Assembly: GCA_039096225.1 (NCBI GenBank)
Contig: JBBPEB010000029.1
Span: 434,001 to 498,000 of the forward strand
DNA length: 64,000 nucleotides
Direction: 5' to 3'
Origin: Blastocystis sp. Blastoise
Lineage: Eukaryota > Protista > Bigyra: Opalinata
Position 1 is the stretch's first letter; each line of letters begins with the position of its first letter. The translations under genes were made by a program, and so were the position numbers. Of this stretch, positions 17,331 to 32,410 are shown in pieces. The notes below the pieces were generated by a model. It worked only from the letters and a program-made list of their open reading frames with translations, was not told the origin of the DNA and made no database searches.

Positions 17331-17529
17331 GATTGAAGAGCTTTATGAAAAAGAATCACTAATGTTTAAAAGAAAAAGATTCCCGTGAATTCAATACGAG
17401 GTTTTTCTTGATTGTCGTGGTCTCTCCGGTTCATCTGTTCATTCGCATTTTGGGGGAAAACCAAATAATTCTCATAATTATTTTTTATTAAACTATTTTT
17501 TGTATATTATTCTATAAAAGAGGAGCCTA
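17331..17529. promoter_or_regulatory. Putative bidirectional promoter LIN9 / MRPL32
   Basis: Only 199 bp separate the divergent start codons. The spacer is locally GC-richer and has TTCCCGTG at 17380. Similar short divergent spacers occur at 1555-1917, 19893-20080 and 38444-38828. Confidence 0.55.
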
Positions 17530-17871
17530 ATGTCTTTATTCAGAAGTTTTATTAATATATATCAGACACTCTCCTATAAATTCATGTTCTCATTGTTCCC
17601 CAGACCTGCTCTTGCAATGAGTCCTGCTATTAATAGTCTTCCTCAGTTCAATGAACCTAGTGTTATGGATATTCTGAAGGATGGATTCCTTCTTGCTGCT
17701 CCTAAAAGAAGAAGGTCAATTGCCGTTAACAGAGAACGAAGAAACTCCTATCACATCCAAGAAAAAACTGAAGTCATCATATGCCCTAAATGTGGTAACA
17801 TGAAACTACGACATCATGTATGCAAAGAATGTATGAATGCTGGCAGAATAGGTGGTACTCGTGAATATTAA
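17530..17871 (+). CDS. MRPL32: Mitochondrial ribosomal protein L32 (bL32m)
   Basis: Presequence-like N-terminus, then LAAPKRRRS..RERR..CPKCGNMKLRHHVCKEC zinc ribbon. Confidence 0.9.
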   Translation: MSLFRSFINIYQTLSYKFMFSLFPRPALAMSPAINSLPQFNEPSVMDILKDGFLLAAPKRRRSIAVNRERRNSYHIQEKTEVIICPKCGNMKLRHHVCKECMNAGRIGGTREY

Positions 17872-18024
17872 TGGATCCAATAACGTTTCTCAATAAATAA
17901 AAACTTTTAAATATATATTTTGTGTGATTTATTATTGTTTTGTATATTATCTTTTTATATGATATCAACAATCGTAATCTGAACAAAATAATAAAAAGAA
18001 ACATAATTAATTAATAAATGACTT

Positions 18025-19892
<1,868 letters not shown>

Positions 19893-20080
19893 CAGTTGTA
19901 AAATATAGAATTACAAAGTAATATTGATGATTATAATTAAAAAATAAGTTCTTTCCAAAACAAAAATTGTTCTTTCTTTCTTTTGACTCCAAAAATAAAA
20001 GATATTTCAAGTATTTCTTTCTTTTATTATATAGATTACTCTCGTATTCATATCACAAAAATATATCTAGGTTCTTGTGA

Positions 20081-21794
20081 ATGCCTAAGAAACGGTATAA
20101 TCAATCGATTCCCAATGACGGGTCTTTTACTGCTGAAGACTTCATTAAACGAACTTTTGTAAGCCACAGTGAAACTCAACACTATATTCCAAGAAAAAAA
20201 ACATCGATTGTTCCTACCATTATAAAAAAAGAACAATTTGTAAAAGCAAAGTATATTCTAAAATACTCTTATTGCTGATATAAAACATAGTTTCCGGTTT
20301 ATTCTTAATAAGGATGTTGTTGAAGAACAATATGTGACTAACGCTGATTGTCAAGTGTCCTGGGACGATGTTAAATATGTAGAATATGCTATGCCAAAGG
20401 ATACTTGCTGTCCAATATGCTTAGACAAACCTCATGTTCCAAGAATTGGACGTTGTGGACATATTTACTGGTATATATATATTAAATTAATAGATATTTA
20501 TCAACTATGTAATTATAAACTTATATTTATGAATCTAATAATAATATAAATCATAATACATGTCAATTATTCATTTTCTTCTAGTTATGTATGTATTCTT
20601 GCTTGTTTTAATCATGATAATGGCTATTCGTGTAAATGCCCTATATGTGGTGAAATCATTGCTGAAAAATCGATTAAACCAGTATTATTAACAGAAGAAC
20701 ATACCCAATATAAAGAAGGAAATATGATATCATTTCTATTACTAGAACGTAACTTAACTATATGCTGTCCTCTACCTCTAAAATCATTTTTAAAAGAACG
20801 TATTCTTTCACATCATCTACCTTATTATAGTATATATAATTATATATATATATATGTAGATTTGTTATTTATGCTGTTTTATATATATCTTAGTTTATTA
20901 TTATATTTTTAATTATTATATTTTAAGAATTATAACTTTATTTAATATATATTCATTTATTCAATCATAATCATATATTTCTCATATATATACCTTATAT
21001 ATATAAATAATCTCGAAAACCTATATATATCACATTTTTATAAACCTATATAAATTACAATAATAAACTTATATACATTCATTACTATTTTAATCTATAT
21101 TTTTCTTTCTCAAGGTGATTATGACAGTCGTTTTTGTATATATACATTAGAAGATACCTATATAAATAAAAAGATATCTATAAACAATCAGAAAGATATT
21201 ATGGAACAGAAAGAATCTATGGAATGTATAGGAGAAACATTATATATGCCTATAGTAAATACTATTATAGATACTCTTTGTATATATACAGATATCAAGA
21301 AAGAAGAAGAAGAGTTACAATTATTAGAAACTAAAATGAAAAATATACATAAACTCAATAAAGAAGCAAATAATCGCGGGAAAAGTAATGATAATAGCAA
21401 GAAAGATAATAATAATAATAATATTCATATATCTGAATTTGACAAGAATTCTATTCCTTTTGTCCCTCAAAGTTCCTCTATTTCTCCAGTTTCTCCAGTT
21501 TCTCAGTCTCCTGTTGTGACATCCAATTATAATTTAGAAATAAGTGCGTCACATGATACTATAAATAGTATTCCAGTGGTATGTAATAATGATTCGTGGA
21601 ATGATTCCGAAACATGTGCCTCTCTTGCAACATGTATTGATATTGATAAAGCAGATGAATATATTCTTAAGAACTATATACATAATGAAATAACAGATCT
21701 CTATAAACCAGAAGATACTCTATATAAAGATATACAGAATAACCACGGGAATGAATCGAATCCTATTGAGAATCAGAATGTATATTCTAAAGAA

Positions 21795-21830
<36 letters not shown>

Positions 21831-21887
21831 GATAATGATAACGAAGATAATAATAATAATTCAAATAATAATTCAAATAATAATTCA

Positions 21888-21923
<36 letters not shown>

Positions 21924-22901
21924 CCTTTCAAGGACACTCCTTCGTCTCTCTATTTCTATCAAGAGAAAACAGGGGCGTTATATATATTACATCCTATTAA
22001 TATGAAAATGTTATTATCTCAATATAAAGACTATTCTAATTTCCCTAAAGTACTAAATGGAAAGATACTACAAATAGACAGGGAAATCATTACGTCAGGA
22101 ACACAAAAACACTATTCAATACTGCGTCATCTTCCTAAATTATCTGAAGTTTGTATAGTTGAAATCGATATGAATAAATTTATTAATCGTAATATATATA
22201 AACAATTTGAAAATGAATTAAAAGATCGTGAATCTCTACGAAGAAGAAGAAGAAGAATTCAAAAAGAAATAGAAAAACAAATTGAAGTATATATATATAT
22301 TTTTTTTTTCTTATATATATTTTTGTATATATATATTTTATTTATTGAAACTTTTCTTATATATAGTTATATATATTTTTGTTCATGATTATCTAGTTTC
22401 TTTTTATAAATAATATAAAATACTATGATATATATATATATATATAGGAGGAGCCGTTATATATCCCTCAAGTGACGCCTATAGTGTCATCAGAAGTGAC
22501 TAATCCTGAAAAGTTAAAGGAATATGTATATAATTGGCCAACTTTAGATGCGTCATCGCAGAGAGAGGGAAAGAAAAAATTAATTCCTGTGAATAATAAT
22601 AATAACATAGAAAATACTATAGATATTGATAATAGTAATGATGATAATAATGTTGATAATAATAATATACATGTAGGTCATGAGAATAGAAAGAGTAATA
22701 TGAATAGAAATAATAATTGTAAGAAGAATTCAACTGTTACGGACGTTACGAATTATGGGGAGGAACTCTCAGAAGAACAACAAGTCGAACTTGATCGAAT
22801 TCTATCCCTGTCTCTGTCAGATAATATATATAATGATATAACATTAAATACAAATAAAGTTGTCAATTCTAAAGATGTATATATATAATTATTATTATGA
22901 T

Positions 22902-22937
<36 letters not shown>

Positions 22938-23327
22938 TATATATAGTGGTCATTTAAACATATAGTTAAAAATGGTTATTTCCCAGAATTAAATTCAGAT
23001 ATAGACTCTACTACTACTTCAATTACTACTTCCACTAATATATCTACTACTACTTCTATTCCTAAGAAATCAGAAGAAAAACTAAAACAAAATAAAAAAA
23101 TAAAAACAAATCAATTAAATGCATGGGGGCAACCTGCTGTGATTCCCGCGGGAAAGTCTAATTTAAAAATAGAAGAAGAATCTATAGATGATAAACCACC
23201 AACAACATTTAACTTAGCAAATATGATTATAAACGCAAATAATAATAATAATAATAAAATGAATCGCACTGTAAACTCGAAGAGTAAGAAAAATAAAAAT
23301 AAAAATCAAGTTTTATTTTCTATTTAA
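20081..23327 (+). CDS. RNF10: RNF10 / Mag2-like RING finger protein
   Basis: FVKAN|FRFIL..VSWDDV..CPICLDKPHVPRIGRCGHIYC|YVCIL..CKCPICG; YFYQEKTGALYILHPINMKML; YSILRHLP; C-terminal KKNKNKNQVLFS. Confidence 0.88.
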
Positions 23328-23583
23328 TATATATATGTTTTTATGTGTATTCAATTTATTATCTAGATTATTATTATATTAAATTCAACTATATGTTTAT
23401 GCTGTTTTGTTATTCTCATTCATTATTACAAATAGAATAATATTATTAATGTTCTTAATTTAGTTCATGTAGCGTACAGCGCCTTACACACTTTTAGTAT
23501 TATTGACTTTGTTATTAACATTTATAATATTAAAATAACATCAAAAAGCATTTTTGAAAAAACAAAATTCTTGGCTAAAAAAA

Positions 23584-23857
23584 TAGGGTCGCCACGAAGA
23601 CTCTCTTGGAGTACAAGTTTCTCAAAAGAGCCAGTTCCTAGGGTACTTTTAGGCGCAGATGGCGTAGGAAGAACACTTCTGGGGTAGGCAATGGCGAACC
23701 CTAGCTTATCTCCATCTCTAGCGTTCGCCAAACTGTACTTTGAGTACAGTCTGTACTCCAAGAGAGTTTCTATCTACGCCTTCTGCGCCTAAAAGTACCC
23801 TAGGAACTGGCTCTTTTGAGAAACTTGTACTCCAAGAGAGTCTTCGTGGCGACCCTG
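23584..23857. mobile_element. GC-rich palindromic MITE-like element with hAT-like termini
   Basis: 83-bp inverted arms 23585-23667 and 23774-23856 with one mismatch. Termini are TAGGGTCGCCA...TGGCGACCCTG. No TSD is visible. Confidence 0.7.
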
Positions 23858-23967
23858 CCTTGTATATGACCTAGTTGAAAAAACCTAGTTTTTATCACAT
23901 GATATAGAACTAGGTTTTGTAGAGATGTATTGAAGAAAAATGACATATTTTTAAATTTATTTCATAT

Positions 23968-24702
23968 ATGAATTTCGTTGTATCTATTGTTACATTCCTT
24001 AAAGGAGGTATTCATGGTCAATATGATAATGTAAGTTCTTTTCTTGATGAATTGATCAATAGTATGGAACAAAGATGTAATGAAATCTTAGAAATAAATG
24101 ATGCTTCTGTTCGTTATCAAGTTGTTCAATATAGTAATTATGGTGATAAAGTACCTCTTGTTTCAAGTGGAATGAGTCAATTAAATGATTTCTCCTATAA
24201 AGTATCTAATGAAAAACAAAAAACAGGAAATGGTAGTTGTAGAGAGTGTCAATCAACTTGTAAAGATGTGAATGGTGGTTTAATAGAAGCATTAAAAGAA
24301 ATTGATAAATTACCTGGTTGTACTCATATATTATTTGTATGTGGTCGAGATCCTATGCATAATTTATTAAAAGATTGTAGATTAGTATATCCCTATAGAG
24401 GAATTGATTTGAATGAACAATATCATACGATCTGTGAAACTATTGTTAAACGTAATGTTAAAGTACATTTTATGCCTGTATTATCTAAAGATATATTATT
24501 AAGTGCTAATAAATTAAGAGAAGTAATTAGTAATAATGTTTTTGATGGTAGAAGAGTTGAAGGTAATAATTATATATTTGATGAAGATTATATAGTAGAA
24601 TCAAGAGATAATACTTTTGATTTACAATTACTTGAACAGATGAAAAACAAATTTGATCAAATACTAATTGATGAATTCACAAAAAGTCTTCAATCTATGT
24701 AA
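23968..24702 (+). CDS. Intronless von Willebrand factor A-like domain protein
   Basis: 244-aa ORF. VRYQVVQYSNYGD, KDVNGGLIEAL and HILFVCGRDPMH match the vWA subtype pattern (..V.YRDY.D / EDV.GGL..AL / ..I.DAPPHG). The MIDAS DxSxS is not recognisable. Confidence 0.6.
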   Translation: MNFVVSIVTFLKGGIHGQYDNVSSFLDELINSMEQRCNEILEINDASVRYQVVQYSNYGDKVPLVSSGMSQLNDFSYKVSNEKQKTGNGSCRECQSTCKDVNGGLIEALKEIDKLPGCTHILFVCGRDPMHNLLKDCRLVYPYRGIDLNEQYHTICETIVKRNVKVHFMPVLSKDILLSANKLREVISNNVFDGRRVEGNNYIFDEDYIVESRDNTFDLQLLEQMKNKFDQILIDEFTKSLQSM

Positions 24703-25989
24703 TTTTGTATTTTTTTTTGTTATATATATATATATTTATTTTATATTTTTGATTGTCTATATACATAATTTGTATTATTTTTATTTATTATATATTTTCT
24801 ATTTATTTATTTAATAATATTATACATGAGTTTTGTTTTTAAAATAGTTTATCATTGATAATACTCAGTGTAATTTTTTTATAAACAGTTTTATTAAATA
24901 CTTCTCTTGTTAATTCAAAATTTATTATACAGAAATTAGGATTATGTATAATATATATATATAAATACTATGAAGGCTTTTTATGTCAAAACAGTTTTTT
25001 CTTATGTATATTTATTATGATCCAGATCATGGAAAATATAATTAGATAATTGAGAATAGATATATACACAACTAGAAAAAGTTATGAATATATTATTATA
25101 TTATGAATAAAATAATAAATAATAAATTATTTTGTTGTAGTTCAACTAGTTAAGAGTTTCATTTTTATTATGATAATATTGATCATATAGTTATATTTAT
25201 TAATTATATTGATGATCATAGAACAGTCAATAGATTTGATGGATATATATATGTAAGAAATGGAAACAATAACAATATAGACTAAAAAAATATTTTGTAT
25301 ATATAAATTATTATAGAAAATATTTATCAAAAATAAAAGATAAAGAATAATAGTAGCTCATTTTCTTATTTTATATATATTTTAAGTATCTAAAAATATA
25401 TTATGAAATAATAATAGATATTTGTATTTACATAATATTTCTATAGAAGAAGATTAATATATATATAAAATTAAACAGTTTTTTATGATATATAAAAATA
25501 TTTATCATACAAATTAATCAATATAAGAATATATTGATCCTTATTAAATATAAAAAGTGTAAAGTGATCAGATATTCAATTTGATGACTCAATTGTTTGT
25601 GGTAAAAAAATGTCTGAAAATGATAATGAATAAAAACAGAAGAGTGATAGTAGTAATAAATAGTTATATGAAGACCATGAAAAATGGAAATACTCATTAT
25701 ATAAAATATTGGAAATAAAAAATATTAGGTTTTATAAAGATAAAATGGAAGTCCTCAAAATGATTAATTATTGTTTAAGAATAGCTATTTTGTTTGTTTC
25801 GTCATTTTTTAATTAATTAAATTCTTATTTTCTGTACTTATGATTACATCATATTATATAACTTTGGTTACAATTATCTTGTTTTATTATATAATTTAAT
25901 TAAGTATAATACTGAGTGTATGAAATAGACAAGTTATATGTATCAATAAGTAGACTCTATATAATCTATTTATATATTTAACAGATTTA

Positions 25990-26780
25990 TTCCGTTAAAA
26001 AGGATTTAATTGGTAGATAATTATTTATATGAAGAATTGAGTGATAATTATATTGTTTGGTAATGAAAGACTTAATCTTTTTGAACAAATTATTATAATA
26101 ATAGTAAATAATTTGAAAATAGTTATAGTGATTCTTTTCTACATAAATAGGAAAATTCCATAAATACATTTATATATATGAATCAAATAGAAATATATAT
26201 ATACTTATGATAATAAACTTGAAGGAAAGAGTCAAATAAATAAATTTATAAAAATAATGAAAATAAAGATACTTGTAATATTAGAATAGAAGCATAGAAA
26301 AAGTACATTAAATAGTATTTACTAAAAGTATAAATCAAAGATATTATTTCTCATATAGTTCAATTAATATACAATAATCTATTTAAATAATACTTTGAAA
26401 TAAATATAACTTTGATAGACATATGTAGGGATAATTCTGAATACAATAAGATGCTTATTAAAGAAAGTATATGATTTTAATGTGATTTCATTTCAAAATA
26501 GAAGAATATAGATCTAATAATATCTTTTACATAAGCATAGATTCATAATTTGACTTTTGAAGACATTCAAACGAATAGATTATGATATAAGTATGATCAT
26601 CTATCTCAATTTGAACTATAAAATGAATAATTTTTAGTTATTTGATATTTGCTATACCTATATATATTATTTTAATAATGTAGAAATGTATATACTTAAT
26701 TTTTACAATTTAATGGGGAAAATTAGAATTATTCTTGATAGTTTTAAGTAAATATGCATTCAAGACTTGAATATGAGCAT
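25990..26780 (-). pseudogene. Possible decayed gene relic (BTB-like family?)
   Basis: Intron-like GTATAT...TATATAG (about 26696-26659) flanked by coding-like but stop-ridden sequence with fragments such as ESML and NYMRNNI. Confidence 0.3.
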
Positions 26781-27110
26781 ATGTTGAATTTCTATTTGAA
26801 GAAATAATTAATAATAAGGCGTAAATAATGAATAATGAGTTGTTTCTGAAAAAATAAAAAATAAAAAGACCTGAAAATGACTGAAAAAAGAATCATGGAT
26901 ATAAATGAAAAAGTGGTTCAACTTTTGTTTATTTTCACAAAAAATATTCATAAAAAGTAGCAAGTTTTATTCTTTGCTTATCTCAATGAATCATTCATAT
27001 ATAGTATTGATTTCAACATATTTTTGAGTATTTATTAATTATTCATATAAAAAGTATCTTTTAAGCATAAGAGTATATTATTATTTTATCATTTTAGTTG
27101 AATTCAAGTG

Positions 27111-27606
27111 ATGCCAACAAGTGATTTTCAATTAACTGATGATAAATGTATTTAAATATGAAAATCAATATTTTAGTATATTTTTAAATTTGTTTACATT
27201 TCAAGATGAAACGAAATTATGGATTTCTAAAGAATTTATTGAGAAATATCCTCAATTTCCCTTTTATGATATTATTCAACACTCTGATAAATATGAAGAT
27301 AATAGTTATTATATAGATATACCTTCTTCTCCTATGAATAAAGTGGTTGTTTTTTTAATGAAAGAAAACATGGATATTGATTCATTAAATTTGAAAGATA
27401 GTTATGATATATATAGAATACTTATTGAGTATTCAGTTAAGATTGATAATGACATAAAAAGTTATTTATTAATACATATTAAGGAACTATTTTATAAATA
27501 TTTAGATGACAATAATTATGATATATGTAGATATGGAAATGATTGCATAAAACCATGTATGTCTATGGAATTATTCAATTTAAAAGAGAAAGAAATACGT
27601 TCTAAT

Positions 27607-27642
<36 letters not shown>

Positions 27643-28790
27643 ATTATTTACACCTCAAAGAAAAGAAGAATTATTATATTATTCTCTTCTTTTTAAAATG
27701 ATGAATATTACTAAAGTTGAAATTACATGTAAATATATTTAATATGATATAAATAATATTATATATATAGATGATTATTCTTCGAATATTCCATTAGAAT
27801 ATATATGTCCATCGTGTATAAAAGATATATTCCCTTCATTAAAAGAATTCACAATAAATGGTATATATATAATTTTATAATAATAAATATATATATAGTA
27901 ACAACGCATTATAAGGAAACTGAACTATTATTAAATCCAAATAGTGATGAATATATAATGGAATATAATCGCTTATTTTATAAATATGATTATGAAATAG
28001 AGAATCTTGAAGAATATGAATATTATACTGAATCAGAGATGAATGAATATAATAAGATTTCTTCTTTAGATCTTAATAAATTTTATTATTCCCATGAATT
28101 GATTGATTCCTATAGTGAAAGAAGAGAAAACTATCAATTACCAAAATTATATAAATATGTTATTAATGAAGATATATACACAAATGATTATTCGAATGTT
28201 GAAATAAGTACGACAGAAGATAAATATAGATTATATGATATAGTCAGAATTAAATATGATGGTATATATATATTTTAAAATCATATAATTTATTATAATT
28301 ATATATAGATAAAACAAATGATAAAACATTCATGTAAATAATATTATTATTTTATATTATCCATTTATACTATATATTTGTGATAGTATTAATCAAGTAT
28401 CTTCTAAACATGGTATATCTCAGTTATTACTTCTTCCTTCTTATTTGTGTATTTCCAATATTAGTTTTAATGCAGGTAAATAAATATATATATAATAAAC
28501 TATATAAATTGTTTTAGATATAAATTATCAAAGTGATTCTATGGTTTTTATGAGATTATTTGAAGAAGGTGTTTTTGATTCTTTAACATCACTAAATGCT
28601 CGATGTAATATTATTTTTCATATTATTATTCTTAATATTATCATTCTATAAAGGTCAGAAATTAATTAATGAAATTGATGAGAATATATTCAACAAAATA
28701 ATGACAACTCATATATTTCCTAATGTTACTGAACTCATCTATGATAATTATGATGATATTGATGATAGTGATAATGATGATTATAATGAT

Positions 28791-28838
<48 letters not shown>

Positions 28839-30846
28839 CTTTCCAATTATCTTTAATAAAAAAAGAATGCTTCCCAAAATTACATATTATCACTTACGAC
28901 ATTACAATAAGTATATTAATATATTAATAAATAAATTATTATTCTTAATTTAGCTACAAAGAATTTTGATTCTTTATTTCCTGTTAATTTAATGTCTATG
29001 ATTGATACTATTCGTATACATTATATTGTTGATAGTTATGAAAAAGAGGAAATAGCTCTTCGTTTAGATGAATTAGTTTATACTCATTCAATTATTATTG
29101 ATATAACTAATATATGTAAATGTGGTATATATATATATATACACTTATGATTATAATACTATCTATATAATTAATTATATTTGTTTTCTTTTTATATAGA
29201 TGATTGGATGAATTATTTCCCGCATCTAAGAGAGTTAATTAAGAAAAATCTTATTATCTTTGATTATCTTTATATTGATTCTTCTCGTTCTGAAAATATC
29301 AAATTATTAGATTCTATTGAAGATTATAAGCAAAATATTGATAGTCTAAATATAACATTCAAGAGTATTATTAATTTATATAATAAATATGTGGTTAGCA
29401 TATTATAATAATAATATTTATTCATATATAGGTGATCGTCATGATAAAATTGATAAAAGAAATGCATTAGAAAGATTTTTGAAGAGTTATTTATTAGAAC
29501 ATTTAAATCAGTTAAATATATGGTGTATATATATATATATATATTATATTATATTATGTATTAATATTTATAGTTTATGAGAATATAAGTATAGAATATT
29601 TAACATGGATCTCAACTCTATTTAATGATAATAAGTTTAATAATATTCATCAAGTTAAAATTCATTTATATTATATCAATGAGGACTCATCATCTGTATA
29701 TTTAACTGCCTATGAAAATATAGTAGAGAAATTAATTTCTAAGGCTTCTAATGTTGATATATACTGTAATTATTTATATATATAATTATTATGTGTAATG
29801 ATGATTTATTTTATGATTTTTTACTATTATTATTATTAGTTTGTTACATGTCTTTTATAAATCGATTAATTCCTAAAGGTTGTTTCCATAATACAATTCG
29901 AGTAATTCTATGTATATCTAATGAATATATATTATGTTTGAATTATAATATATTATATTTTATCATATCATTATAATAAATATTAATTTAGATATTAATG
30001 ATATACCAGATGATAATTTTTGTAAACTCTATACTAAAGATAACTTCCCTCAATTAAAATCTATCAAGTTTTGTACATATATTATTAATAATATTTTATA
30101 TTATTAATCATATATATTTATATCTTATCATTATTTAAAAATTAATTTTATTAAAAAATATGTATATATATAGATAAAGATGATAAGGAATGGTGGAGTT
30201 CTTTTATTAAAATATTTTGTGAATATATGAATAATAATAACTTTCCCTCAGCAAGTATTTTTCGATTAAGTAGTATATTATAAATAAAATGATTCTATTC
30301 ATATTCATGAATATCGTTATTCTATAGAATGGTACGATGATAATTATGATGATTATGTTTATGATCCTAGTAATTATCTTTTCCGATGTAAATATGATAG
30401 TAATTCATTTATAGATACAATTATTGGTACTCATGGTATATATATGTATATCATATCATATCATATCATATTATGCATATATATAGATGAAAAGATGAGT
30501 AAATTTGAGATAGAAACGTTATTTGATTGTATAAATGAAAATAAAACTCAAAATATAAGAAGTTTAAAATTATGTATACAAATATTCTATATTCTATATT
30601 CATTCTTTAGATATTTATGATGAAGAGCAATTAATAAAACTAATCAATTTTATTACTAATGGAAAATTTCCAAAATTGAAAGAGTTTTTTTTTATTATCA
30701 GTATATATATATAGCTATTATTACCGCTATCATATTATATAGATTATCATATTTCATATGAACAAATTGATATATATAATCAACAATTAAAGGATTTACT
30801 ATTCATTCAGGAAAATCAAGTAAATTATACACTCGACAAAATATAA
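27111..30846 (+). CDS. Lineage-specific protein with BTB-like N-terminus and degenerate LRR-like repeats, many exons
   Basis: LFTFQDETKLWISKEFIEKYP..YYID..; recurring FPNVTEL, CFPKLHII, NFPQLKSI, KFPKLKEF. The exon junctions checked join in frame, and the last exon ends at TAA 30844-30846. Start is uncertain (27111 or 27139). Confidence 0.7.
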
Positions 30847-32410
30847 TAAATTCTTTATGTATATAATTCTTTATAACTTATATGATTACTTTTTTGATAA
30901 TTTTTTTTTTATTATTATTTCATTTATTAACGTTTTTATAAAGTTTATATATATTATTTTATTAATATATTTTCTTGTTTTATTTTTAAATATAAAAAAA
31001 CTACTGATTCAAAAAAAAATATAAATTTTTGTAATATATTTAAATGATTAGATTATAGAATACTATTTAGTGTTTATTATATATTTAATTTTTTGTGTTC
31101 ATAAAGAATCAACTTTATAAATATTTCTGCAGAATTATAATTATTAAAAGGATATCTTCATGTATAATTAAAACTGTTTTTAACGTTGTTTTTAAAAATA
31201 GATTAAAATTCGACTCTTGATAAACAAATTAATTAATATAATAAGAAAATCAATAAGTTTTTTACAATTTATTTTGCTTACTATTTTGCATATAAGATTT
31301 TTCTATTTAAGAACAGTTAGTTAGCAAGTGTTATAAGATAATTAAACAGATTATTTACTCCATATTTTTTATTTTCAATATAGATAATAGTTTATAATGA
31401 AGTATTAGTACATAAATAATTAAATTGAAATACTAATGAATCAAATCATAACTGTATTAATATATGTATTGTTAATAAAATATATTTTAATTAAAATACA
31501 ACGAGAATAATCATATTGGTGTTTTAATTCTTATTAAGATTATTATATATATAATATTCTTTAAATATAGAATATTAAAAGAGAATTATACACAGATTAT
31601 AGGTAAAATAAAATCATATATTAATTATTCATGTTTGCATATATTAATAGACAACCGACATATATATAATACATATTCTATTATCAATATAACTTTGAAG
31701 AGAATATCAAAAATAGTTTTATTCATCATATATATATAATTTAGTATCTATACGAATATGATAATTTGGATATCTTAATCAATTATTTTATAAATATATA
31801 GACAATAAAATAGTATAAACATAAAATGGCAGAATAATTAGAAGGAAATAGAAAATAAAGGAAGACTTTTGTATCTAAACACTAAAGAAGAGATTTTATT
31901 TGAGGAATAGAAACATATTGTGTAAATATGATATAAAAATAATTAATAAAGTATCAAATTCAGTCAGAAATCGGCAATGATTAAAAAACAATATATATTT
32001 ATTCATTTCTAAATAAGTAACGATTAGTATATATAAATATGTATACAAATGAAAATAAAAATAGATATGTATCTGTTTAAAATAAGAGACTTATTAATCA
32101 TAATGAAAAATAATTAAAAGATATATACTAATTAAGCATCTCATTCTGTCTCTAGCATCTTCTTGATTTCATATTAGTATTTAATTACCTATTTAAAGTA
32201 ATATGTGAAGTGAAGATCCACAATGAATTACCTATTTTAAGGAATCCTTAGTAGATTCTTGTAGATCCTATTAATTAATAATCATTTAAAATAATAGTTT
32301 TCATTTTAATTGAATAATAAGAGAATAATAAAGAATCAAAAGATATATATTTAAAGAACAAAATAAACAGGGGAAAATAAATAATTTATTTAATTAGCAT
32401 TATTTCATTA

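Noticed and set aside
23522-23761. 79-aa minus ORF across the palindrome
   Set aside because: Non-ATG start, lies within the inverted repeat, and has no transposase motif.
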